A stretch of DNA of 46,953 nucleotides, from NCBI GenBank assembly GCA_043743855.1, contig JAYTVU010000050.1:1-46953 (forward strand). Direction: 5' to 3'. Below, in pieces: positions 23,846 through 32,987 of this stretch. A program made the translations under genes and the position numbers. The first letter of the stretch is position 1, and every line of letters begins with the position of its first letter. The notes under the pieces were generated by a model that saw only the letters and a program-made list of their open reading frames with translations, did not search any database and was not told the DNA's origin. Origin of the DNA: a bacterium. Lineage in GTDB: Bacteria > Patescibacteriota > Saccharimonadia > Saccharimonadales > Saccharimonadaceae.

Positions 23846-23866
23846 CCAAGGTTGGACCTTGGATTA
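23846..23866 (+). repeat. Right copy of the hairpin repeat CCAaGGTTGGACCTTGGATtA, followed by a T-run
   Basis: It is a perfect palindrome CCAAGGT-TGG-ACCTTGG followed by ATTATTTTT. It lies between the convergent transposase and ychF genes and may double as a terminator. Confidence 0.8.
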
Positions 23867-23876
23867 TTTTTGGGTA

Positions 23877-24959
23877 TTATTTGGAGACGTTGAAGCGGAA
23901 TTCGACCACGTCGCCGGGTCGCATAATGTAATCACGGCCTTCGGTGCGCATTTTGCCGAGTGATTTGGCCGCAGTTTCAGAACCAGCGGCAATTAAATCG
24001 TCATAGTCGAAAACTTGGGCAGCGATAAAACCTCGTTCAAAATCAGTGTGAATAACACCGGCAGCTTGTGGGGCAGTGAAACCTTTTTTGATTGTCCATG
24101 CACGAACTTCGTCAGACCCAGCAGTAAGGTAACTTTGTAGCCCCAAAATGTCATAGGCAGCATGGATTAATTGCAGTAACCCAGTTTCTTTAACGCCGTA
24201 ACTTTCCAACAAATCGGTGGAATCTTTGAGAGTTAGACCTTTTAATTCATCTTCTAACTTGGCACAGACGAAAATTGAACGTGAAGGCGTGACCAATTTT
24301 GAAAGTTCAGCTTTTTTATCAGCATTAGTTAGCGTTGCCTCGTCGATATTGAACATATAAATTACTGGCTTGGCAGTTAAAAGGTGTAAATCACTAATCA
24401 TTTCCAGATTAAGGTTAGCAATCTGGGATAGTGGAGTGCCAGATTTTAGCTTATCCAACAAATTATTCAGATAATCTGCAACCGCTTTCAGTTTCGGATT
24501 AGCTTTAGCATCGCGACTAGCTTTAATAAGTCGAGTTTCAACCGTTTGAATATCGGCCAGAATCAATTCGGTATTAATAATTTCAATGTCATCCTTGGGA
24601 TTTAGTTTTTCTGACACGTGGATGACACTATCATCGTGAAAAGCGCGAACGATATGTACTATCGCATCACACTGACGAATATTGGCCAAGAATTTATTGC
24701 CTAATCCTTCACCCTTGCTGGCGCCGGCAACTAATCCTGCAATATCGACAAATGTAACGGTTGCGGGAATAATTTTTTTCGTGCTGAACATCTTGGCCAG
24801 TTCATTTAAGCGTTCATCGGGAACTGGGACAATACCAGTGTTAGGTTCGATTGTTGCGAACGGATAATTAGCCGCCAAAATATCATTATTAGTCAGGGCG
24901 TTAAATAAGGTTGACTTGCCGACGTTCGGCAGGCCAACGATTCCGATAGATAAACTCAT
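23877..24959 (-). CDS. ychF: Ribosome-binding ATPase YchF
   Basis: It has the G1 motif GLPNVGKSTLFNA, a TGS-like C-terminus (...RTEGRDYIMRPGDVVEFRFNV) and is 360 aa. A TATGAT on the minus strand lies 6 nt upstream of the ATG. Confidence 0.96.
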   Translation of the reverse strand: MSLSIGIVGLPNVGKSTLFNALTNNDILAANYPFATIEPNTGIVPVPDERLNELAKMFSTKKIIPATVTFVDIAGLVAGASKGEGLGNKFLANIRQCDAIVHIVRAFHDDSVIHVSEKLNPKDDIEIINTELILADIQTVETRLIKASRDAKANPKLKAVADYLNNLLDKLKSGTPLSQIANLNLEMISDLHLLTAKPVIYMFNIDEATLTNADKKAELSKLVTPSRSIFVCAKLEDELKGLTLKDSTDLLESYGVKETGLLQLIHAAYDILGLQSYLTAGSDEVRAWTIKKGFTAPQAAGVIHTDFERGFIAAQVFDYDDLIAAGSETAAKSLGKMRTEGRDYIMRPGDVVEFRFNVSK

Positions 24960-25056
24960 CTTTATATCATACCGAAACAGAGTTAATATTAATAGCTTCA
25001 GAGGTTTACTGCTTTCTGAATCGTATGGTACTAATGATTATGGTATTATGAGATAT

Positions 25057-25575
25057 ATGGACAAAAAACGTAAGCGTAATCGGTTAATACCTATAGTTTT
25101 AGCGTTAATAATCTTAGCAATCCTCACTAGTGGAACCTGGTGGCTATTCAGCAGCGGCCATTTGGTGTATCACGGTTCGATTTCGCAGCCAAACAATTTA
25201 AGTTCGAATCAAACAGTGGTGTGTGATGCGTACGTTGTTGCTAAATATAATGATGCAATGGACTATAAAGAGCGTAATGGTTCAACCGAGCCAAGTATTG
25301 ATATCCAAGCTATAAAAAATTTAGTTGCTGATATTAAAGCAAAAACGAATTTTAAATCTGACCCGACTTGTCAAGCGATTATTTTCTGGTCTGCTGTTAT
25401 GAATGACAACTATAAGGCTGCTAGTATTGCTTATAATGAACTGCTGGGTCTCCATAAAAAGCATATTTTCGCTGATTCAAATTTACTGAATGATCAACCA
25501 CTTTTTACATATAAAGAAGCTCTGGATGGGTTGACTGGATCGGGCGCCTATAAAAGCGGTTCTTTTGGCGGATAA
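25057..25575 (+). CDS. Hypothetical membrane-anchored protein
   Basis: It has a basic N-terminus (MDKKRKRNR) and one TM helix (LIPIVLALIILAILTSGTWWLF), then a helical-looking soluble domain. TGgTATTAT lies 7 nt upstream of ATG 25057. The ORF-track start at 24916 overlaps ychF and is unlikely. Confidence 0.55.
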   Translation: MDKKRKRNRLIPIVLALIILAILTSGTWWLFSSGHLVYHGSISQPNNLSSNQTVVCDAYVVAKYNDAMDYKERNGSTEPSIDIQAIKNLVADIKAKTNFKSDPTCQAIIFWSAVMNDNYKAASIAYNELLGLHKKHIFADSNLLNDQPLFTYKEALDGLTGSGAYKSGSFGG

Positions 25576-25576
25576 C

Positions 25577-27346
25577 ATGTGTAGTTTGCGATTACCTTTC
25601 ATTTTACGACGAAGAAGGCATGATGTAATCCTAGTTGTGTCAATTATCACGTTGGTTTGTATATTTGCTATAATCCCTAGTTCATTGGTGAATGCTAGTG
25701 GCGCAATAGGCAATGGCGGCACCGGCTCAGCTGGCAGCGGTGGGGCCCAAAGTAATAAAGGCTGGGGATGGTTTAATTTTTCGTCAAGTGCTGATGCTAC
25801 GACTACTCCTGCTGGCTTTAAAACAGGTGGTCCTTGGACCACTGTAAGTGCTATATGCCGCGCTTCAGGAGCGGATCGAGTTATCGCTTTCATTAATCTT
25901 AGGGTATACGGTACGGATGCTAAGACTGGAGTAGTCTATGACTATCATTCGGTCTATACTGGCCCACCAACTTTTAGTCATTATAATGGCAATACGGGTA
26001 ATGGGTGGATTGAAACCTCGACTGCTAAAAGTTATTATGACTTAATTCCAGGCGATGTTGATAAATCTTCCTACACCTGGGGTAGTAATGTCGGCTGGTT
26101 TTGTTATGACACGACTCCTAACTCAGACTATAGTCTTACCCCAAGCGTCCAACTAAGTGCAACTGTTATCGAGGCTGGGTCTTCGTTCGATGTTAAACCG
26201 GCAATTATTAACTCTGGTACTACTGCCAGTGATCCCGTTAGTCTGAGTTTGCAAAAGACAATTACGAATCCGACTGCCGCCGGAACAACAACTAATGTAA
26301 GTGCCGCATTCCCGACTGGTGGTCCATCACCAATTCTTGTCTACACAGAAACAAGTACTGATTATCCCGCAGGGACTAATATATGTTATGTCTTGTCTGT
26401 TACTCCACGATCAAATAGTGATTCTTCGACAGCCAGCTCGTCACCACCTGCATGCGTGGTTATCGGTAAAAAACCAAAAGTTCAAATTTGGGGTGGGGAT
26501 TTATCTGTCGGCAGGGGATCGTCCACTTTTTCGAATGTTAATACTAGTTTTTCAGTGAAAAGTGGTAGAACATTTGGAAGTTGGGTCGAATATGCTATTT
26601 TTGCAAAAGGATCAGTTGTCGGAACAGCTTCGGGCTCGGCTTATGCGGGTTCGCAGGGTATGTTGACCGGTCAAAATTATAATACACTAAGTTTTTCAAA
26701 TAAAAATCCCGTTACTTCAAACTGTCCAGCAAATACCATAGGATGTTACGTTAATCCTCAACCTGTGCCTGATGTGGCGGCTAGGTTTCAGACAAATCCT
26801 TTGACTACAGTAATCCCTGCGACAGTTGATTTAAGTGCCAAACAGGGTCTATTTACAGCCGGTGCAACTTTATCTATATCTGCTAGTAACATTAATACAG
26901 GCCAATGGGTTGTAATCAACGCACCTAATTCGACTGTAACTATTACAGATAATATCAAATATACCACTGCAACTTTGCATAGTATTAGTGAAATCCCACA
27001 AGTTATCATTATCGCCAACAAAATAATTATTAATGACAATGTAGGTCAAGTTGACGCCTGGCTGATTGCAAAAGATAGCGGGGTTAACCCAGGTACAATC
27101 CAGACTTGTCAGATTCAACCAGGTTCTATGAAAGATTGCTCTAATACACTTACGGTCAATGGACCAGTCATAACAAACAAGCTATATCTATACCGTACGG
27201 CTGGTTCAGGCACGGGTGTTAATAGCGGTGATCAGGCTGAAAGGTTTAACTTGCGGGCCGATGCTTATCTGTGGGCCTATTCGCACGCCTCAAGTGTCAA
27301 TGGAGTACACTCGGTATATTCAACTGAATTACCACCCCGATACTAA
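25577..27346 (+). CDS. Large secreted or anchored hypothetical protein (Gly-rich linker, Thr/Ser/Asn-rich beta-type domains)
   Basis: An N-terminal RRRRH plus a TM segment is followed by GAIGNGGTGSAGSGG. About 520 aa rich in T/S/N/G follow, with paired Cys residues. I recognise no catalytic motif. ATG 25577 follows the upstream stop codon after a 1-nt gap. Confidence 0.6.
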   Translation: MCSLRLPFILRRRRHDVILVVSIITLVCIFAIIPSSLVNASGAIGNGGTGSAGSGGAQSNKGWGWFNFSSSADATTTPAGFKTGGPWTTVSAICRASGADRVIAFINLRVYGTDAKTGVVYDYHSVYTGPPTFSHYNGNTGNGWIETSTAKSYYDLIPGDVDKSSYTWGSNVGWFCYDTTPNSDYSLTPSVQLSATVIEAGSSFDVKPAIINSGTTASDPVSLSLQKTITNPTAAGTTTNVSAAFPTGGPSPILVYTETSTDYPAGTNICYVLSVTPRSNSDSSTASSSPPACVVIGKKPKVQIWGGDLSVGRGSSTFSNVNTSFSVKSGRTFGSWVEYAIFAKGSVVGTASGSAYAGSQGMLTGQNYNTLSFSNKNPVTSNCPANTIGCYVNPQPVPDVAARFQTNPLTTVIPATVDLSAKQGLFTAGATLSISASNINTGQWVVINAPNSTVTITDNIKYTTATLHSISEIPQVIIIANKIIINDNVGQVDAWLIAKDSGVNPGTIQTCQIQPGSMKDCSNTLTVNGPVITNKLYLYRTAGSGTGVNSGDQAERFNLRADAYLWAYSHASSVNGVHSVYSTELPPRY

Positions 27347-27359
27347 GTTACATTATCCC

Positions 27360-27389
27360 TTGCTTTTAATGCTTGTGCTTCTGTATAAT
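27360..27389 (+). promoter_or_regulatory. Candidate promoter TTGCTT-18 nt-TATAAT for the pilM operon
   Basis: The -35-like box is at 27360-27365 and TATAAT at 27384-27389. The pilM ATG lies 10 nt downstream, with no SD. Confidence 0.45.
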
Positions 27390-27399
27390 GATAGACAAC

Positions 27400-28449
27400 A
27401 TGGCGATATTAAAAGGACTGGGCAACTTCTTCGCATTAGATATAGGCACAAATGCTGTTAGGGTGGTTCAGTTGTCTTCTTCGGGTGCCGACAACTGGAA
27501 CTTGCAGCACTATGGATATGCACCTGTCGACGAAAAGATTACCAGTAGTAATTCTGCCGAAGCCTTACGTCGTTTGGGCGAAGTAATTATGACCGCCGTT
27601 GGACAAAGTGGTATCAAAGAAAAGAACGTTGCAATTGGTTTGCCCTCTAGCAAGACCTTTACAACGGTTATTGATGTTCCAACAATGGGTGAGGCAGAAC
27701 TGAAAAGCACTCTTAAATACCAAATAGACCAATATATTCCAACCGCAATTGATGAGACAAAGGTTGATTGGGCACTTTTGGGGCAGTCGCTTCATAACCC
27801 TCAACAACAGGAAGTATTACTGGCAAGTACGGCTAATAGTTTTGCCGAAGAACGCCTAGAATTTATTGAAGGCCTTGGTTTTAATGTTATTGCGGCCGAA
27901 CCGGATCCAATTGCTATGATCCGATCATTGTTGCCATCAGGTGTTGGCGATGCACGCTTGATTATCGACGTTGGTGAACTGTCAACTGATTTGGCGATTA
28001 CGTTCGGTGACACACCGCGATTAGTTCGCACAATTCCAACTGGTTTGAAATCACTAATTAAGGCCGCAGTCCAAAACTTAAATGTTCAGGATGACCAGGC
28101 CAGGCAGTTTATCTTGAAATTTGGATTGGCTCCTGACCGACTTGAGGGACAAGTCTATAAAGCCATCGAAAGTACACTTGATAATTTTGCTACTGAACTT
28201 GTTAAATCTATCAAGTTCTTCCAAACGCGTTACCCAAATACACCAGTTGGGGGCATCCTGCTATCAGGTTTTGCAGCTATCGTTCCGCAATTTGGTGAAT
28301 ACGTAACTGCCAAAACCGGCGTTGCTTCGACTATTGCCAACCCATGGCAAAAAGTACACGTTGCCCAATCTGATCAACAACAACTAAGTACTATCGCGTC
28401 CGAATTTGCGACTGTAATCGGTCTTGCTCAACGAAGGAACCTGAAATGA
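27400..28449 (+). CDS. pilM: Type IV pilus assembly protein PilM (actin-like ATPase fold)
   Basis: FALDIGTNAVRVVQL is the N-terminal phosphate-1 motif. The FtsA/PilM-like length and its position before pilN support the call. Confidence 0.85.
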   Translation: MAILKGLGNFFALDIGTNAVRVVQLSSSGADNWNLQHYGYAPVDEKITSSNSAEALRRLGEVIMTAVGQSGIKEKNVAIGLPSSKTFTTVIDVPTMGEAELKSTLKYQIDQYIPTAIDETKVDWALLGQSLHNPQQQEVLLASTANSFAEERLEFIEGLGFNVIAAEPDPIAMIRSLLPSGVGDARLIIDVGELSTDLAITFGDTPRLVRTIPTGLKSLIKAAVQNLNVQDDQARQFILKFGLAPDRLEGQVYKAIESTLDNFATELVKSIKFFQTRYPNTPVGGILLSGFAAIVPQFGEYVTAKTGVASTIANPWQKVHVAQSDQQQLSTIASEFATVIGLAQRRNLK

Positions 28450-29174
28450 TAGAGATTAATCTTGTCCCTGATATCAAACAAGAGCTAATCAAGGCTCAAC
28501 GGATTCGTTCGACAGTTGTTACAATAGCTATTTTGATTGGCATAATATCAATCGCAATCGTAGCCTTGCTGGCATTTTACATCCTGGCCGTTCAGACAGT
28601 GCGTGGCGCAGTCCTTGACAACGATATTACAACGAATAATAAAACATTAACCAGTACTAAAGATTTATCAAAAACCCTGACAATCCAAAATCAACTTACC
28701 AAGATATCAAACTTGAATAGTAATAAAAAGATTGATTCTCGTATTTTTGACATATTGGGTGTAATTATTCCTCCAGTACCTAATGATATAAAAATATCTG
28801 ACCTAACGGTTGATTCTGACACGTCTACTATAACTATCAATGGCCAGGCGTCTAATAGTTATGCTGCTGTTGAGGTTTTCAAAAAGACTATTGAAAGTGC
28901 AAATGTAAAATATACCGACAGCGATGGCAAATCACAGACTGTAACGCTTGCTTCATCTATTAGTACTAGTAACACTAGCTATGGTGAAGATTCATCAGGT
29001 ACCAAAGTACTTCGATTTACGATAAGTTTTGTGTATGCTCAGGAACTTTTCTCGCCCGCATCACAAAAAGTAACCGTCATTATTCCAAATAGAGGTAACG
29101 TCACAGACTCATATATTGGTGTCCCAGATAGTATTTTTACAGACCGGGTCACAAGCCCAACGGGGGGTAAATAA
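28446..29174 (+). CDS. pilN: PilN-like pilus alignment protein
   Basis: The start MIEINLVPD, a single TM helix and a periplasmic-type domain are present. The ATGA overlap with pilM indicates coupling. Confidence 0.7.
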   Translation: MIEINLVPDIKQELIKAQRIRSTVVTIAILIGIISIAIVALLAFYILAVQTVRGAVLDNDITTNNKTLTSTKDLSKTLTIQNQLTKISNLNSNKKIDSRIFDILGVIIPPVPNDIKISDLTVDSDTSTITINGQASNSYAAVEVFKKTIESANVKYTDSDGKSQTVTLASSISTSNTSYGEDSSGTKVLRFTISFVYAQELFSPASQKVTVIIPNRGNVTDSYIGVPDSIFTDRVTSPTGGK

Positions 29175-29175
29175 T

Positions 29176-29868
29176 ATGAAGCCAAAAGAAGTTGCCATTC
29201 GGAAAAGAACACAGATTGCTTCTGCTAACCGTGTTATGTTCTTGTGGGTTGCCGGTGTTTCGGTAGTTTTTGGTTTTGCTTTGGTTGGGGCGATGTTCTT
29301 AACTCAGATACTTATTTTTAACGAAAAAGTACTTATCGAGAAAAGTAAAACAGTATCAACTTTGGAAAAAAATATTACGAATATCAAAACCCTTACAGAT
29401 AATATTCAACAACTGAATACAAACCAGGCATTGATTAGCGCCAAAGCAAAACCAGATGACCAACCGTTGCAAGTCATACTAGACGCACTGCCATCAGAAG
29501 CAAACTCACTGGCATTGGGGGCATCATTACAAGATAAACTATTAGCAGGTATTAATGGCCTTACTTTAGGCACATTCCGTGTTGATCCTGTTGTTGGCAT
29601 TGAGTCTTTAACTGATACCTCGGTTGTTAATGCTAGTTCGAGTACATCTAGTACGCAAAATGAAATTACATTCCGTTTCTCGGTTAACGGTGATAATAAT
29701 GCACTAAAACAGGTTTTAATCAACCTAGAGAAATCAATCAGAACAATCGATATTATTTCATTAAAAATTGAAAGTCAGGGTGCTACAAGAATGTTAACAA
29801 TACAGGGACGAGCATTCTATGAGCCAGCCAGAGTAGTTGAATTAAAGGATAAAACGGTAAAGCAATGA
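29176..29868 (+). CDS. pilO: PilO-like pilus alignment protein
   Basis: It has an N-terminal TM helix (MFLWVAGVSVVFGFALVGAMFL), a coiled-coil segment and a C-terminal domain. It sits between pilN and pilB. Confidence 0.6.
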   Translation: MKPKEVAIRKRTQIASANRVMFLWVAGVSVVFGFALVGAMFLTQILIFNEKVLIEKSKTVSTLEKNITNIKTLTDNIQQLNTNQALISAKAKPDDQPLQVILDALPSEANSLALGASLQDKLLAGINGLTLGTFRVDPVVGIESLTDTSVVNASSSTSSTQNEITFRFSVNGDNNALKQVLINLEKSIRTIDIISLKIESQGATRMLTIQGRAFYEPARVVELKDKTVKQ

Positions 29869-30119
29869 AAAAAGCAGACATAGCCATGATAATCTTAATC
29901 GCATCAGTCAGTGTAATGGTTGCGTTTTTTGTCGCTAAGGGCATTTTTGGAGATGTATATTCTGGAACGGCCAAAGTTAAAACTATCGACAAGATTGATT
30001 CATCCATTATCGAGCCAAGTAAAGACATTTTTAACAAAGATGCTATTAATCCAGCTGTCCAGGTCCAAATTAACGGAACCGGATCAGGGTCGAGCACAAA
30101 AACCCCCGGGACTCAATAG
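29865..30119 (+). CDS. Small single-pass membrane protein inside the pil operon
   Basis: The 84-aa product has one TM helix (IAMIILIASVSVMVAFFVA). It has an ATGA overlap with pilO and ends 11 nt before pilB. Confidence 0.5.
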   Translation: MKKADIAMIILIASVSVMVAFFVAKGIFGDVYSGTAKVKTIDKIDSSIIEPSKDIFNKDAINPAVQVQINGTGSGSSTKTPGTQ

Positions 30120-30130
30120 GAGGTTAGTTC

Positions 30131-31900
30131 GTGCCACTGCTAACTGCCGATATACAATCAAAACTTGTCAGTCTACTGGTGTCTGAAGGTTTGGTTAGTA
30201 GTGGTGTGTTGCAGGATATCAAAGATACCTCGGCAAAGACTAACAAGCCTTTGATTGGTTTATTAACAGAGAAGGGGATAGTTGACGACGAGTTATTAAC
30301 TCACGCCATCGCTCAAGTGTCTGGTGTCCCATATGTAAATTTAACAAATAGCGTAATTGACCAAACTATTCTGGGGCTTTTGCCTGAAGATATTGCTGAG
30401 CGCTTTATGGCGGTTCCACTTGCCGAAGTCCAAAATCGTCTAGCTGTTGCAATGATTGACGCTAATAATGTTCAGGCTGTAGATTACCTGGCAAGTCGTA
30501 TTGAACGTCCACTTAAGGTTTTCATGGCATCAGAATCTGGTGTGCGACACGTAATTGATCAATATAAAACTGATCTTACGAGCGTAGGTGAGGCGGCTGA
30601 AGCCAGCCAAGTCGAAGCTAGTCAGGACTCAAACAGAGAGGTTAAAACAATTGTCCAGGACTCTCCGATTAGTAAGGCTCTCAGTACCATATTGGAATAT
30701 GCTTTGAAGTCACGAGCTAGTGATGTTCATATCGAACCTTTAGAAACAGCGCTTAAAATTCGTTGCCGTGTCGATGGTATGTTACGTGAAATAATGCAGT
30801 TGCCCAAAAGTATCGAGCCAGCCCTAGTCAGCCGTATAAAAATTTTATCCAATCTTAAAATTGATGAGCACCGAATGCCCCAAGACGGTCAATTTACAGT
30901 CAAAATTGCAGGTAAAGAAGTTGATTTACGTATTGCTGTAAGCCCAGTTATATGGGGCGAGCAAGTTGTGATTCGTTTGCTTGATAAATCAGGTAATACA
31001 TTTGATATTGAAGAAATGGGTTACGCAGGGAGGGCCTTGCGTGCAATTCGAAAAGGTATTCGTCAACCTAATGGTATGGTGCTGACTTCGGGACCAACTG
31101 GAAGTGGTAAAACGACTAGTTTATATGCTTTGATAAAGGAAATCAAAAATGATTCGGTCAATATTGTTACACTTGAGGACCCAGTTGAATATAAAATGAG
31201 TGGGGTAAATCAGATTCAAGTTAATACTGATGTTGGACTAACTTTTGCCAGTGGTTTACGTTCCATCCTGCGTCAAGATCCTGATGTTGTAATGGTAGGA
31301 GAAATTCGCGACAGTGAAACGGCCAACTTAGCCGTTCAAGCTGCCCTAACTGGCCATCTGGTGTTTAGCACGCTTCATACTAATAGTGCGGCCGGAGTTT
31401 TGCCGCGTCTTTTGGATATGGGTATTGAGCCATTTTTGATTGCTAGCACCGTAAACACTATTATTGGTCAACGTTTAGTCAGGCGTATCGCCGAGAAACG
31501 TGAAGCCTATCAGTCAAATCCAATTGAAACTCAGAATATTTTAGTAACAATTGGTCACTTACTACCAAAGACAAAAGAAGATGTTGCCAGAGTTTCTGCA
31601 GATTTAGGCTATAAAGACTTGCCCCTAGCGGGCCAAAGCGCTTATACTCTATACAAGGGCATTGATTCTCCTCAGGCTCCGGCCTCCAAGGGCTATAGCG
31701 GCAGAGCGGGTCTCTACGAGGTTATGGATGTTAGTGAAGAGATTCAATCCTTGATTGTCGCTCACGCCACTAGCGCGGAGATTCAGCGTAAGGCTCAAGA
31801 GCAAGGTATGGTTACAATGCGGCAAGACGGCTACCTAAAGGTCTTGCAGGGGATAACAACAATCGAGGAAGTCAATCGCGTAACATCAGACACAGTATAG
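30131..31900 (+). CDS. pilB: Type IV pilus extension ATPase PilB (GspE family)
   Basis: It has a T2SSE N-terminal domain, Walker A GPTGSGKTT, an Asp box, Walker B VVMVGEIRD and a His box. An AGGAGG SD precedes the GTG start at 30131. Confidence 0.92.
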   Translation: MPLLTADIQSKLVSLLVSEGLVSSGVLQDIKDTSAKTNKPLIGLLTEKGIVDDELLTHAIAQVSGVPYVNLTNSVIDQTILGLLPEDIAERFMAVPLAEVQNRLAVAMIDANNVQAVDYLASRIERPLKVFMASESGVRHVIDQYKTDLTSVGEAAEASQVEASQDSNREVKTIVQDSPISKALSTILEYALKSRASDVHIEPLETALKIRCRVDGMLREIMQLPKSIEPALVSRIKILSNLKIDEHRMPQDGQFTVKIAGKEVDLRIAVSPVIWGEQVVIRLLDKSGNTFDIEEMGYAGRALRAIRKGIRQPNGMVLTSGPTGSGKTTSLYALIKEIKNDSVNIVTLEDPVEYKMSGVNQIQVNTDVGLTFASGLRSILRQDPDVVMVGEIRDSETANLAVQAALTGHLVFSTLHTNSAAGVLPRLLDMGIEPFLIASTVNTIIGQRLVRRIAEKREAYQSNPIETQNILVTIGHLLPKTKEDVARVSADLGYKDLPLAGQSAYTLYKGIDSPQAPASKGYSGRAGLYEVMDVSEEIQSLIVAHATSAEIQRKAQEQGMVTMRQDGYLKVLQGITTIEEVNRVTSDTV

Positions 31901-31916
31901 AAGAAGGGTGAGTATA

Positions 31917-32987
31917 ATGAATAACCAAGAATTAAAAATCGAAATATTATTAGAGGAAGTAGTTAAGAAAAAAGCTTCCGATTTACATCTTCAAGTTGGT
32001 TTGCCACCTATGCTTCGTATTGATGGGTCATTGTCACCAATAATTGGCTATAACCCGCTTGATGAGCAAACTGTTGAAACGTTAGTTTTTGCAATTCTTG
32101 ATCAAGATCAGCGTCAGATATTATTGAAAGATAAGGAATTCGATTTTAGTTTTGCGTTCGGTACATTAGGGCGTTTTCGTGTCAACGCTTTTCATGAGCG
32201 CGGTAATCTGGCCGCAGCTTTGCGTTTGATCCCAAATGAAATTAAAACTGTTACCGAACTTGGTTTGCCAAATGTAGTTATGGGCTTTGCTGATTACCCA
32301 CGTGGTTTGGTGCTGATTACCGGTCCGACTGGTAGTGGTAAATCTACGACCCTTGCAGCCCTTGTCGATAAGATTAACACCGAAAAATCGCATCATATTA
32401 TTACCATTGAAGATCCAATTGAATTTACTCATAAATCTAAAATGTCGGCCGTTGTACAACGTGAAGTTCACTATGATACGTATAGTTTCAGTGCGGCACT
32501 TAGGTCTAGCCTTCGCCAAGACCCAGACGTAGTCCTTATCGGTGAAATGCGTGACCTAGAGACGATTAGTGCAGCGATTACTATCGCCGAGACTGGTCAC
32601 CTGGTGTTTGCTACGCTACACACCAATAGCGCATCACAATCAATTGATCGTATGATTGACGTCTTTCCTCCACACCAACAACCACAAATTAGGGCGCAGT
32701 TGTCGAATATACTGATGGCAATTTGTTCGCAGCGGTTGGTTCCATCAATTGGTGGTGGGCGAGTCGTGGCGGCTGAAGTTTTGGTTACAAATCCAGCTGT
32801 TCGTAATATTATTCGCGAAGGCAAGGCTCACCAATTGGACGCAGTCATACAAACCGGTGCCGATCAAGGAATGCAAACCATGGATCGTACATTAGTAAAT
32901 CTAGTTCAATCCGGTACGGTTACTTATGACAATGCCTATGAAGTTGCAGTCGATTTAGTCGAGTTTGAAAGGTTGATGAGAGGTTAA
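31917..32987 (+). CDS. pilT: Type IV pilus retraction ATPase PilT
   Basis: ASDLHLQVGLPPMLRIDG, Walker A GPTGSGKST and the PilT-specific AVRNIIREGKAHQL are present. The start is either ATG 31917 or GTG 31908. Confidence 0.92.
   Translation: MNNQELKIEILLEEVVKKKASDLHLQVGLPPMLRIDGSLSPIIGYNPLDEQTVETLVFAILDQDQRQILLKDKEFDFSFAFGTLGRFRVNAFHERGNLAAALRLIPNEIKTVTELGLPNVVMGFADYPRGLVLITGPTGSGKSTTLAALVDKINTEKSHHIITIEDPIEFTHKSKMSAVVQREVHYDTYSFSAALRSSLRQDPDVVLIGEMRDLETISAAITIAETGHLVFATLHTNSASQSIDRMIDVFPPHQQPQIRAQLSNILMAICSQRLVPSIGGGRVVAAEVLVTNPAVRNIIREGKAHQLDAVIQTGADQGMQTMDRTLVNLVQSGTVTYDNAYEVAVDLVEFERLMRG

Larger units (their letters stand above)
23072..23866 (+). mobile_element. IS200/IS605-like (or RAYT-type) unit: a Y1 transposase gene bracketed by direct-orientation hairpin repeats; exact ends undetermined
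   Basis: Two copies of a 21-nt sequence (19/21 identical), each forming a 7-bp stem hairpin, flank a single HUH/Y1 transposase gene in the same orientation. Confidence 0.4.
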
